A stretch of 64,000 bases of DNA. It comes from a virus. Taxonomy: Duplodnaviria > Caudoviricetes. The stretch is from the IMG/VR virus record IMGVR_UViG_3300025133_000020. One strand, written 5' to 3'. A program made the position numbers and the translations under genes. Positions 55,713 through 64,000 of this stretch are shown piece after piece (positions within the stretch are counted from its first letter, which is position 1; each line of letters starts with the position of its first letter). Under the pieces are notes generated by a model. That model was not told the origin of the DNA. It saw only the letters and a list, made by a program, of their open reading frames with translations, and searched no databases.

Positions 55713-57373
55713 TACCTCAATACATCTTCATACTCTTTCAGGACTTCTACTACTACGTTATCTGCTCTGAATTTATCTACGTCCTCTGGTACCTCATGGA
55801 ATTCCTTACCAATGATATTACCACCAGAATCAACATCATATATCCAACCACCCTTACCACATAACCAACCTTCAATAGTCGTTCTACCTAACAATATACC
55901 AGCAGTCTCATCACATTGTTTCACAATCTTCTCTACGTTTGGTGTTGCTGGATAGTACGTGATATGCTCATTATCCTTCAAAATACCCTCAAGATACGTA
56001 TCACTATTATTACCAACCAATATCAAGTGGTTACCCTCTGACTTGGTGGTCTCAACCAAGTCCTCAATAGCATTGCGCCTCAAGTAATCCATGGTACCAA
56101 CAAATACAACTCTCTTACTATCACTCTTCCTATCAAAATTGTAGTCAGTATTGAAGCGAGTATTGTCAATAGGGTTATACACAACATCAATCTTTTCCTC
56201 TGGAATATTGAAGCTGTTTACCAAATAGTCCTTAATCTCTGGTCTAATGGCTATGTATTTGATTATCCTATCAGATATCACAGGCTTCTCCAAGTCAATA
56301 ACTTCCGAATGAATGGAAGATATCGCTGGTATCTCTGGGTATAGTTCCAATAATCTACTAGCGATTGGTGTATGGTTCAAGTGCATGATATCGAAATCAG
56401 CCACCGCAACCTTGTATAACGTCTTAGGGTTTGATGCTACCATGCTACCATCTTGCGTAGGTAGTTGCCATAGACCATCACCCAATTTGAATGTTGGTGG
56501 TTCATTGATACTGAACAACTTAATACCCAACTTTTTAGCCTTCTGAGCCAATGGTTCTCCAATATTGGATACCACAGTCACGGAGTGCCCTTTCTTAATC
56601 AGGGATTTAGCTAATTCGAACACATAAAGTTCCGAACCAGTATAACCGTTGAAGTTAAGGCACCCGATTAATATTTTCAATCTGGTATGTTTATCAAATA
56701 CCCTATCGTTTTTGATTGGGAAATGTTTGGCGTATCTTTCGGTTACCATCACACGCTTCTCTTCCCACTTATCATCAGTTTGACCTATTGATTGGTGAGT
56801 GATTTTAATGTTGGTGTGAACACCTATTTTAAGCCCTTTCAGGTAATTATCCAAACAGAATGTAACATCGTAGAAGTGGAACCCGTCCACCTTCTTATCG
56901 AACTTCTTCTTTAACCTATCCCTACGGACGGAAAAGAAAACCCCATCGACCAGAACCACCGATTCTAATCGAGTACCAAGGTCATCACTATATTTGGACA
57001 TCCATGTTCTACCTTCGTGCGTGTGTGATACTCGACCATACATTTTACTTGGGTCATCCCACCAACGTCCAGAGTCAGTTATTAGCTTAGTTCCAGCCAC
57101 ACCAATAATACCATACTCTTCATTGGCGTTAAAGTGTTTAATCACTTTTTTACCCCACTGCTTGGTATCGATATTGATATCATCATGTAAGAACGTTATA
57201 ACGTCATTCTTAGCTTCTTTCAAAGCTTTGTTATATAATTCAGTCAGAGAATACTTACCCTTATTTTCATAATGAAGTATCTCTACGTTCTTATTTCCCA
57301 GACCACAGGTCTTTAACAGATGAGTTCTAAACTCGTCTGAAGGTTCTTTACTGGAACATACTATTGTAATCAT
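55712..57373 (-). CDS. Bifunctional glycosyltransferase (GT-A domain + GT4-like domain)
   Basis: FLHDDI, GVAG, VDGVF, FHFYD; then GSELYVFELAK and GRTTIEGWLCG. Confidence 0.85.
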   Translation of the reverse strand: MITIVCSSKEPSDEFRTHLLKTCGLGNKNVEILHYENKGKYSLTELYNKALKEAKNDVITFLHDDINIDTKQWGKKVIKHFNANEEYGIIGVAGTKLITDSGRWWDDPSKMYGRVSHTHEGRTWMSKYSDDLGTRLESVVLVDGVFFSVRRDRLKKKFDKKVDGFHFYDVTFCLDNYLKGLKIGVHTNIKITHQSIGQTDDKWEEKRVMVTERYAKHFPIKNDRVFDKHTRLKILIGCLNFNGYTGSELYVFELAKSLIKKGHSVTVVSNIGEPLAQKAKKLGIKLFSINEPPTFKLGDGLWQLPTQDGSMVASNPKTLYKVAVADFDIMHLNHTPIASRLLELYPEIPAISSIHSEVIDLEKPVISDRIIKYIAIRPEIKDYLVNSFNIPEEKIDVVYNPIDNTRFNTDYNFDRKSDSKRVVFVGTMDYLRRNAIEDLVETTKSEGNHLILVGNNSDTYLEGILKDNEHITYYPATPNVEKIVKQCDETAGILLGRTTIEGWLCGKGGWIYDVDSGGNIIGKEFHEVPEDVDKFRADNVVVEVLKEYEDVLR

Positions 57374-57380
57374 ATTTCTT

Positions 57381-57845
57381 TTATTTGTACCCCAAACGAG
57401 TTGCGGTATTACTCATTATATCACACACTTGGTCTGACATTTTAAAACGCTCTTTGTTTATTTCAATTGATTTGAAAATGTTACCATCAGTATGTCGCTC
57501 TGTGGCAGCTTTCCAATCAAAGAACATTTCCATTAAGTCGAATAGGTCAAAACCATTTAGACCATTTTCATAGTGTTCTGGGTGGTGACTATTATTCTCG
57601 TAATGGTGGTTTAGAGCTACTTTAAGCTCATTTAAGAACTCTTTATACTCATCACTACCATATGTACTATCTTTAAGCTTAGGTGTGTACTCATCGAATA
57701 ATTCCTTCTCTGGGGCTTCCAGTTTGGAGTTATCATGAAGGTTAGCTCGTCTCATCAATTCGATTGACGCTTCGCCTAATAATTCTGCCACCCTCTTAAT
57801 ATGGAGTAGTGTATCTTCCCTACTATCGTAACTCATCTTCCACAA
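57381..57845 (-). CDS. DUF5662-like HD-fold protein
   Basis: HDNSKL, HHYENNSHHPEHY, EMFFDW. Confidence 0.8.
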   Translation of the reverse strand: MWKMSYDSREDTLLHIKRVAELLGEASIELMRRANLHDNSKLEAPEKELFDEYTPKLKDSTYGSDEYKEFLNELKVALNHHYENNSHHPEHYENGLNGFDLFDLMEMFFDWKAATERHTDGNIFKSIEINKERFKMSDQVCDIMSNTATRLGYK

Positions 57846-58104
57846 ATTCGTCTAATAGACTTACTTTAACTCTAATAGGTAGGTTGGAACGTTCAATATC
57901 CTTTTCCCCAACTTTTTCATAACCGTAGGTGTTACCTACCATCTTATTATAAAAGTCAGATATATTTACCTTCTTTGGATAATCTCTACTCAATTCTCGA
58001 AATCTCCTTAATCTAGGTGTTTCTTCATCACCTTTTGGTATTCTCTGCAACCCAATAAATTCTAGTGCGTTATCCAGATATCCCATTAATACTACTTTTC
58101 TCAT
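57823..58104 (-). CDS. Hypothetical protein
   Basis: ORF track. Confidence 0.5.
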   Translation of the reverse strand: MRKVVLMGYLDNALEFIGLQRIPKGDEETPRLRRFRELSRDYPKKVNISDFYNKMVGNTYGYEKVGEKDIERSNLPIRVKVSLLDEFVEDELR

Positions 58105-58111
58105 AGCGTTC

Positions 58112-58810
58112 TTATTTAACTTTATTATTATTCTTATACTCTACTAATTTAGGTATTATTAAGTCTAAGTAAAGTTTAAATTCTAATTCATTCATCATAC
58201 CTTTAAACGAATTTATAGCGTATGACGCTAATACCACATTATTTTTAGTGTACCCTAACATGGGGTCTAATCGCTCAACACTTATACTATCAAATTGGTG
58301 GCATCCTTCGTTATGTTTAATCTCAACATTAGTATAATAACATTTATGATTTTGTTTAAGTAAAGTCTCGTATAAAAAGGTTTTAGGTAGGTTAAATTCT
58401 AACCCCATTCTTTCCGACTTCCTTTTCAAGCCTGACGTTTTATTCCTGAGATAAACTTCTAAGCTAGTTTTTAATAATTTGGATTTCTTTTTGTACCCAC
58501 GTTTCACCGAATCATAATTACTAAAACACCCTTTACAACATTTTTGGTAGCCATCGAAGGTGCTTCTATTTTTAGAGAATTCCGACAACTCTTTGCGTTG
58601 TTTACACTTAAAACATTTCTTTTTACCGTCTATAATTGATTTACATATATGTTTCCGTTTGGCTTCCCTAAATCGTTTGTTAGCTTTCACCCCACAATCA
58701 GAACAAACACATACCACTGGTTTTTTACTACCGTATGTTAAACCACTAACAACATAACCAAATTCTTCAGTTGTTTCCTTTTCTTGTATTATCCATTGCC
58801 CATAACTCAT
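58112..58810 (-). mobile_element. Free-standing HNH-like endonuclease with zinc fingers, downstream of dut
   Basis: CSDC, CFKC...CCKGC; CYYT...SVERLDPMLGYTKNNVV...NSFK; late motif TATTTACT 58825..58832. Confidence 0.75.
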
Positions 58811-58869
58811 ATCAAATCATTTGTAGTAAATATAGGTATAAAGCGAAAAAGGTTAAACCATTTTAATAA

Positions 58870-59490
58870 CTATCGGTGACCTGTTGAACCGAAGCCACCG
58901 TCACCTCTATCGGTTTCGGTATTTATTTCATCGACACGATTCAATTTTATTATATTGGATGCTGTCACCGTAGCAACAACTCCTTGCGCAATTCTATCAC
59001 CATTGTTGATAAGGAACGCTTCCCTACCATGATTGATAAGGATTACCTTTAATTCACCTCTATAATCAGCGTCTATCGTACCAGGAGTATTAAGTACGGT
59101 TACACCTTTTTTAGCGGCTAATCCACTTCTAGGTCTTACTTGAATTTCAAACCCAGTCGGGATTTCGAAAAACAAACCTGTAGGTATTACTTTGAACTCA
59201 CCTACTTCTATAATTTCTTCACCCACTAAGTTAGCACGTAGGTCAAAGCCAGAAGACCCAGCAGTTTCATACTGTGGGTCTGTGTTATCTGATTCGTTCT
59301 TAAATGGTACTGAAATCTTTTGTATCTCAGTTACCTGTGGTGCGTTGATTTGGTACCACTTTTCGAAATCGAATGGTTCTGGTTCCGATTCAACACCATC
59401 TTTAACTAAATCTTTAAAGTAGTCTGGAATGGAGGCATCCCCCATTCCGAACCACTTCTTAAAATAGTCTTTGTTTTCTTTATCAGGCAT
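58870..59490 (-). CDS. dut: Trimeric dUTPase with N-terminal extension
   Basis: GSSGFDL, RPRSGLA, GTIDADYRGE, GDRIAQ, RGDGGFGSTG. Confidence 0.97.
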   Translation of the reverse strand: MPDKENKDYFKKWFGMGDASIPDYFKDLVKDGVESEPEPFDFEKWYQINAPQVTEIQKISVPFKNESDNTDPQYETAGSSGFDLRANLVGEEIIEVGEFKVIPTGLFFEIPTGFEIQVRPRSGLAAKKGVTVLNTPGTIDADYRGELKVILINHGREAFLINNGDRIAQGVVATVTASNIIKLNRVDEINTETDRGDGGFGSTGHR

Positions 59491-60058
59491 ACTCCAATAA
59501 TCTTTTCTTCTCTTCCATTATTGCTAGGTCACTGGCTTGGCTCAGTATGATACCTAACGTGTTAGTATGGAACCTTGCTTGTTTATCATCGTCCGTTTTA
59601 TCGTAGTTGATAATAGCTTGGTATTCATCGTCCGTAAACCGAACACCGTTATCCACAGCATACTTTATTGAACGCTCACCCACGTGTAGCGCCACAAGGT
59701 CGTTAGCGAACTCATACATTTGCCCTAACTTATCTTTATGCCATTGTGATGTGTTCTCAAGGAACATAAACGTCTTACCAATCTGGAATAAGCATGCTAC
59801 CTTTACAACAGACGCTAATGGTTGTTGCATATCTTCTGGTAGTATTTCATTTAGCTTACAAGCGTAATACGTAGTTCTAAGCGTGTGGTCTATTAGACCA
59901 CCTTTGAACGCATTGTAAGAATCCAGTTTTGTTGTAGCGGGTGCAGCTATGATGTCGGCACCTAAGAAGTTCATTAACTCTTCGGTCATGAACTCATACT
60001 TTTCACCAGTATTAAAATACTTGGTGGCATTAGATTTGATTTTCTCTTCTGTTAACAT
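59483..60058 (-). CDS. HD-fold (YhaM-like) protein
   Basis: APA...AFKGGLIDHTL, HVGERS; -7 element TATATTTG at 60089..60096. Confidence 0.65.
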   Translation of the reverse strand: MLTEEKIKSNATKYFNTGEKYEFMTEELMNFLGADIIAAPATTKLDSYNAFKGGLIDHTLRTTYYACKLNEILPEDMQQPLASVVKVACLFQIGKTFMFLENTSQWHKDKLGQMYEFANDLVALHVGERSIKYAVDNGVRFTDDEYQAIINYDKTDDDKQARFHTNTLGIILSQASDLAIMEEKKRLLEYA

Positions 60059-60124
60059 GTTGTTTGTTTTGTTTGTTTGTTATTATAACAAATATACGCA
60101 TTTTATTTGGGAAAATCAACCCTA

Positions 60125-61399
60125 TTATGCAGGTTCTTTAATTGCTTCTACTACTTCTGTTAACTTAGTCATGTATAATTCTCGCCTTGTATCTGAGGTA
60201 CTATCAGTGCTGTATGTATCCTTAACAGTCTCATATAGATTATTAGCCAATAGCTCAACCTTTTCTGGGTTCTGAATTAGGAACTTGATGTGTTGGTACC
60301 ATTGTTTGTGGTTCTTGTTCGTATCCACCAATAAAGCGTTAGCCTCATCATTATACCCACCACCATATTCTCTAGCATTCGTTAGGTCAATAGTGTAAGG
60401 ACCGAAATCCTGAGCAATAATAGCCTTCTTATGGAAACCAGATTCAATCACCTTCAATTGGCTCTTAACCTTATTGAACATATTCGTGTACAACGGAGCT
60501 AATGAAATATCAAATAGGTTATAGTTGGATGCGTAGCTTGTGATAGGCTTCGTCCAAACCCTTCTATACGGTTCATTATCAACATTTTCATAGACACTAT
60601 TAACCTTAAACTTATGAAGGAAATCCTTATATTCTGGACTCACAATCTTGAAGTTATCCGTGAATATCTTTTCATACTCATACCATACACTCTCTTGCGG
60701 TTGTATAGGTCTCTGAGATTGCTGACCAGTTTTCTCATCGATTGTAGTCACATTACCTCTAAGGTCGTAACCACATAGCACGAATTGTACTTTGTCCAAT
60801 AACCCGTCAGATTTTACCTTTTGTACTACACCTTTCAATAATTTAAGGTCTTCCAAGTGGGAGCTACCACCCAACCATCCGATTCTTAGTCGTTTGGATT
60901 CAATTGGTTTTGGTGTGTATTGTTTTTCGTTGGGGTCGATAGCATTCGGGATAACATAGATGTTATCATTCATCCTATCCATCTCTTTAGCGAAGATGTC
61001 GGTAGTTGTGATAATATTTCTAGCGTGTTTAAGGTTGCTGGCAATCTTCTTATCCAACTTAGACTGAATTATCAGTTTATGTGCTGGATGATGTGTTCCT
61101 GGTGCCCAGTGGTCATCTACATCCATGAAACTAAGAATATTAAGCTCATCCAACCGTTCCAGTAATTTCTCCATCCCGTCATAATCACCTAACGTTCTAT
61201 GGTAATGAACTAAGTCAAACCCTTTTAACCATTCGTCTGATTTAAGGTCTGGTTCGTATTCAATTTCTACGTGAAAATCATCTGGATATTTTTTTTCCAG
61301 TGAAATATGGGGTTTAGTAGAGCGAAAATATGAGACGCCAGTGCGGTCAGATGGTACTACTAAAACTTTAATTTTTCTATTTAAGGGGTTTACTATCAT
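60125..61399 (-). CDS. GT-B glycosyltransferase whose 5' end appears to be supplied by the adjacent endonuclease element
   Basis: PSDRTGVSYFRS, DVDDHW, IPNAID, IGWLGGSSHLEDL, DISLAPL..FNKVKSQLKVIESG; start overlaps the endonuclease stop by 23 nt. Confidence 0.9.
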   Translation of the reverse strand: MIVNPLNRKIKVLVVPSDRTGVSYFRSTKPHISLEKKYPDDFHVEIEYEPDLKSDEWLKGFDLVHYHRTLGDYDGMEKLLERLDELNILSFMDVDDHWAPGTHHPAHKLIIQSKLDKKIASNLKHARNIITTTDIFAKEMDRMNDNIYVIPNAIDPNEKQYTPKPIESKRLRIGWLGGSSHLEDLKLLKGVVQKVKSDGLLDKVQFVLCGYDLRGNVTTIDEKTGQQSQRPIQPQESVWYEYEKIFTDNFKIVSPEYKDFLHKFKVNSVYENVDNEPYRRVWTKPITSYASNYNLFDISLAPLYTNMFNKVKSQLKVIESGFHKKAIIAQDFGPYTIDLTNAREYGGGYNDEANALLVDTNKNHKQWYQHIKFLIQNPEKVELLANNLYETVKDTYSTDSTSDTRRELYMTKLTEVVEAIKEPA

Positions 61400-62120
61400 A
61401 TCTATTTATTATTTCTTTTATTATCATTATACCGTTTTGCTTGTAATCGGTTTCCCATATTACTTCACAATGGTAACCATTTTTTTTTCCTAAGTAAAGC
61501 TTATCCTTATCGTATTCCCAAATTTCTTTAGCTGACTTATTTTTTTTCTTATTTACATAAGTCTCGGAATATTTGTTAGGGTTACAATGCCAATAATCAC
61601 CATTATATTCAATCAATAAGTTAAATTCAGGAATGTAAATATCAAAAATTTTACCTTCCACTATATGGTTACCATTGGCTTCAATATTGATACTACCCAA
61701 ATAATTAAGTATTTCATCCTCAGCTTTAGACCTATTATACCCCTTTATCTCCCCATTATTGATACGGCTCTTCATTAATTCACTCAACTTGAGTCGTGTG
61801 TTTTCCATCTTACCACTAGCCCATAGTTTAGTTTTCATATCACTAAACATTTTGCGATATTTAGGTTCTGACATGTGAGCACTATTAGTGTGACCACTTT
61901 TACTAATCGATATAGCTATTTTTGTTTTTTCAGTGTGTCGCTTATTATAAAATGGGTTACCCTCACCTATTTGTAACTTTAACGAACAAGGTTTACAGAT
62001 ATTCTTTTTCTTTAAATTACGTTTTAACGCCCATTCACTACTTGCTGAACACTCAATATCTGTATTACAACTATTACAAATCCAGTTACCATACCATCTA
62101 TTATTAACCTCTCTAATCAT
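61377..62120 (-). mobile_element. EDxHD/Vsr-like (DUF559-type) homing endonuclease with zinc finger and NUMOD3
   Basis: CNSC...CKPC; GEGNPFYNKRHT; SKAE, FDIYIP..NLLIEYNGDYWH, DKDK, GYHCEVIWETD. Confidence 0.85.
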
Positions 62121-62132
62121 AATACGTTTTTA

Positions 62133-62140
62133 ATTAAATA
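62133..62140 (-). promoter_or_regulatory. Late-type promoter TATTTAAT for the endonuclease and glycosyltransferase
   Basis: In the 41 nt between the stub stop and endonuclease ATG. Confidence 0.55.
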
Positions 62141-62161
62141 TGTGCCAACGTACTAAAAGTC

Positions 62162-62236
62162 TTAGTAACTTACTCCCGTTCTGTCGCTCGGTACGACCAG
62201 AACTTTAACTTTTCTTCCTAATGGGTTCTTTATCAT
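62162..62236 (-). pseudogene. Orphan 24-codon 5' stub of the glycosyltransferase (MIKNPLGRKVKVLVVPSDRTGVSY*)
   Basis: Manual translation; 21/24 aa identical to the N-terminus of 60125..61399. Confidence 0.9.
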
Positions 62237-62293
62237 GATATCAATTATGTGGTAAATCTAATGATACTGAAGTTATAAGTAAAGTTAATCCAT

Positions 62294-62314
62294 AAAAAAA
62301 GGGGCTTTCGCCCC
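62294..62314 (-). terminator. Intrinsic terminator
   Basis: Minus strand ggggc-gaaa-gcccc followed by U7. Confidence 0.9.
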
Positions 62315-62344
62315 ACTTTTAATACTTCGTTACCTATATTAACC

Positions 62345-63028
62345 TTATTTTTTAGGTATAATACCTTCCTTCATTAAGGTTGTTATGGTGTCTTTGATTG
62401 CTTGCTCTCTAATATTCTTGGTCATAATAGTCATCATCTCATCCCGTACCATATCCCTAATCATATTTTCAGACATTTTAACCGTCTTTGGTGCTTGCGC
62501 TGGAACCTGCTCGTTCAATTGTTGTCTTGATTGTAATGGTCTCCCTTTTGATGCTGGTTTTGCTGATGTGCCTGCGTAATCCATAAGGTCAGTTCTGACA
62601 TTCTTCATAGCATCCTCACTAAGAGGTACCACTGGGGCATCAGTAGACGTTGGGAATTGCTTCATAGCTTTCTTAACCGCATCTGGCATACCAGAGTTAT
62701 CAACTAATGCATCCGTAATCGGTCCTGCAATCGCTGGTTTAGGTGCTTGAGTTTGTGGTTGCATCATTTGTTGCTCTCTAATGTGAGGTGGCAACTCTTC
62801 CAAATAGTTAATATCTGGTGCTGGTTGATATTTTTGTTTAGCCCCTGCAACTGAGTCACCCATTGTTTGGGTTGAATTCGAATTACGTGGCGCTAATGGT
62901 TCGTTACGCATACCTGTACCAACATTCTTTGCTTTCTCAGCAGCAAATTGGTCAGCAGCAATCATTACATCACGGCTTTCACTTAGTTTAGTTAAAAATG
63001 ATAAAGGTACGTCTGTTAATTGTTCCAT
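62345..63028 (-). CDS. Pro/Gln-rich hypothetical protein
   Basis: SGMPDAVKKAM..FP motif; operon context. Confidence 0.7.
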   Translation of the reverse strand: MEQLTDVPLSFLTKLSESRDVMIAADQFAAEKAKNVGTGMRNEPLAPRNSNSTQTMGDSVAGAKQKYQPAPDINYLEELPPHIREQQMMQPQTQAPKPAIAGPITDALVDNSGMPDAVKKAMKQFPTSTDAPVVPLSEDAMKNVRTDLMDYAGTSAKPASKGRPLQSRQQLNEQVPAQAPKTVKMSENMIRDMVRDEMMTIMTKNIREQAIKDTITTLMKEGIIPKK

Positions 63029-63037
63029 ATTCTTGTA

Positions 63038-63454
63038 TTATCCATAATTGTTAAAGTCAGCAACTTTGATATCACCCGTCATCTTTTTATCCCCATTAGG
63101 GTTAAATCCTGACGACCTATCTCCTAACGCAAATAAGTCTGGTCTACCATTGGCTTTCATAACTGGTTCCCAATTAGTAATCCTATCCACTCTGAATAGT
63201 TTCCATCCTTGGACACCACCACCACTTGTTACACCTTTGGTTTGGAATGCTCTGATAACTTCGTTACCTAAACCACCTTCCTTTCCTCTCGTGTGACCGT
63301 GTGCGTATACTTCGATGATTCTCTCACCACCACCTGTATTATCGTCACCAGCATAGGTAATCTTAACCCTATAGTGTGATTCTATAGCTTCAAAGATAAC
63401 ATCCTTACTAACTCCCTCTAATATAAGGCTTTCATATAAAGAGTAAAGCTTCAT
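63038..63454 (-). CDS. WYL-like domain protein
   Basis: VKITY...ERIIEVYAHG...IRAFQ...WKLFRVDRI. Confidence 0.7.
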   Translation of the reverse strand: MKLYSLYESLILEGVSKDVIFEAIESHYRVKITYAGDDNTGGGERIIEVYAHGHTRGKEGGLGNEVIRAFQTKGVTSGGGVQGWKLFRVDRITNWEPVMKANGRPDLFALGDRSSGFNPNGDKKMTGDIKVADFNNYG

Positions 63455-63455
63455 A

Positions 63456-63800
63456 TTAAGATTGTGGGTCTACTGAAGGTGAATTTGGGTCTCCTTCGAT
63501 GTCTGGAGCCGTGTATGGTGACTCAGGACCGTAACCCCATTTTGATGTGTTATTAGCTATTGCAGCCAATCTACCAGAACCTGCGTAGTTTGGGTTACCG
63601 TTGATATCCATGTCGCCCCCACCATTGTAGGTATCCATGTATACACCAGTACCTTTACCCTTTACAGGGGTTTCTTGGTCGCTCAACGCTTTAGTGTGTG
63701 TCGCAGAATAGTTATTGGCATCAGCCTCACCATTGTATGCGTTCTTTGTGATGTTCTTTCTTCGTGCGTCATCAGCCGCTTGTCCTAATTTATTTGCCAT
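63456..63800 (-). CDS. Hypothetical (putative virion) protein
   Basis: HTKALSDQETPVKGKGTG, DINGN motifs. Confidence 0.65.
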   Translation of the reverse strand: MANKLGQAADDARRKNITKNAYNGEADANNYSATHTKALSDQETPVKGKGTGVYMDTYNGGGDMDINGNPNYAGSGRLAAIANNTSKWGYGPESPYTAPDIEGDPNSPSVDPQS

Positions 63801-63815
63801 GTCGTTTTTTTTTAT

Positions 63816-64000
63816 TTAAGTCTTATTCATGTACTCTATTAAATATAGTATATCAGTAATTTCCTTCTCATAGGATTCAGAATTTACTACATTGTTGGTT
63901 ATTTCCCTACCAGAAGTAGCCACTTTTGTCCCATCAGGTGTATCACCAATGTTCTTATTGTTAGTATCTTTAGCCGTACCAATCTTGTGGTTATTTCTAG
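63816..64000 (-). CDS. 3' end of a gene entering from beyond the window
   Basis: Open frame ...SYEKEITDILYLIEYMNKT* ending at 63816. Confidence 0.6.
   Translation of the reverse strand, partial: RNNHKIGTAKDTNNKNIGDTPDGTKVATSGREITNNVVNSESYEKEITDILYLIEYMNKT

Noticed and set aside
58104-58870. Recoded dut or thyA 3' duplications next to the HNH (58112) and GIY-YIG (16133) genes
   Set aside because: I translated the flanks by hand and found no second copy of the neighbouring gene ends, so these look like ordinary free-standing insertions.
61328-62164. Self-splicing intron in the glycosyltransferase
   Set aside because: The putative 5' exon ends in C rather than U and the 3' end is not G. No core structure fits, and the downstream gene already has a complete N-terminus.
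1-64000. Stop-codon reassignment as in Lak or some crAss-like phages
   Set aside because: Long conserved genes are intact under the standard code, and TAG, TGA and TAA all end genes at sensible positions.
1-64000. tRNA genes or CRISPR mini-array
   Set aside because: Intergenic gaps are short and hold promoters and terminators. GGTTCGA-like strings (about 31650 and 31866) lie inside MCP codons, and I saw no repeat-spacer pattern.

Overview
A 64 kb segment of a large T4-like (gp17/gp20/gp21/gp22/gp23 gene order) myophage, probably a jumbo phage. The host is most likely Bacteroidota, because canonical TAnnTTTG -7 promoter elements sit just upstream of many non-structural genes. The code is standard and I saw no tRNA or CRISPR array. 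Left part: accessory and early genes (thioredoxin, LRR fusion, Mom-like DNA modifier, lytic transglycosylase, ClpC, KTSC, ATP-grasp), a thyA-folA block and the head morphogenesis operon. Right part (minus strand): baseplate-like genes, a gp55-like late sigma factor, a roughly 18 kb glycan-building region (GDP-fucose synthesis, two fucosyltransferases, a sulfotransferase, methyltransferases, several glycosyltransferases), PhoH and dUTPase. The main results are two intron-less endonuclease insertions that appear to leave their target genes usable. (1) An EDxHD-type endonuclease has cut off the first 24 codons of a glycosyltransferase. The orphan 24-codon stub remains upstream, while the element supplies a heavily synonymously recoded replacement 5' end overlapping its own stop codon. 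(2) A MobE-like HNH gene splits thyA into two separately translated halves with no room for an intron, and the new ends resemble a duplicated thyA helical motif. Also seen: a candidate -1 frameshift on an A10 run joining two head-region ORFs, probable leaderless transcripts, a TATTTAT late promoter, a family of putative head-targeted proteins and apparent GATC avoidance. All family assignments come from motif recognition by eye; no database searches were run.
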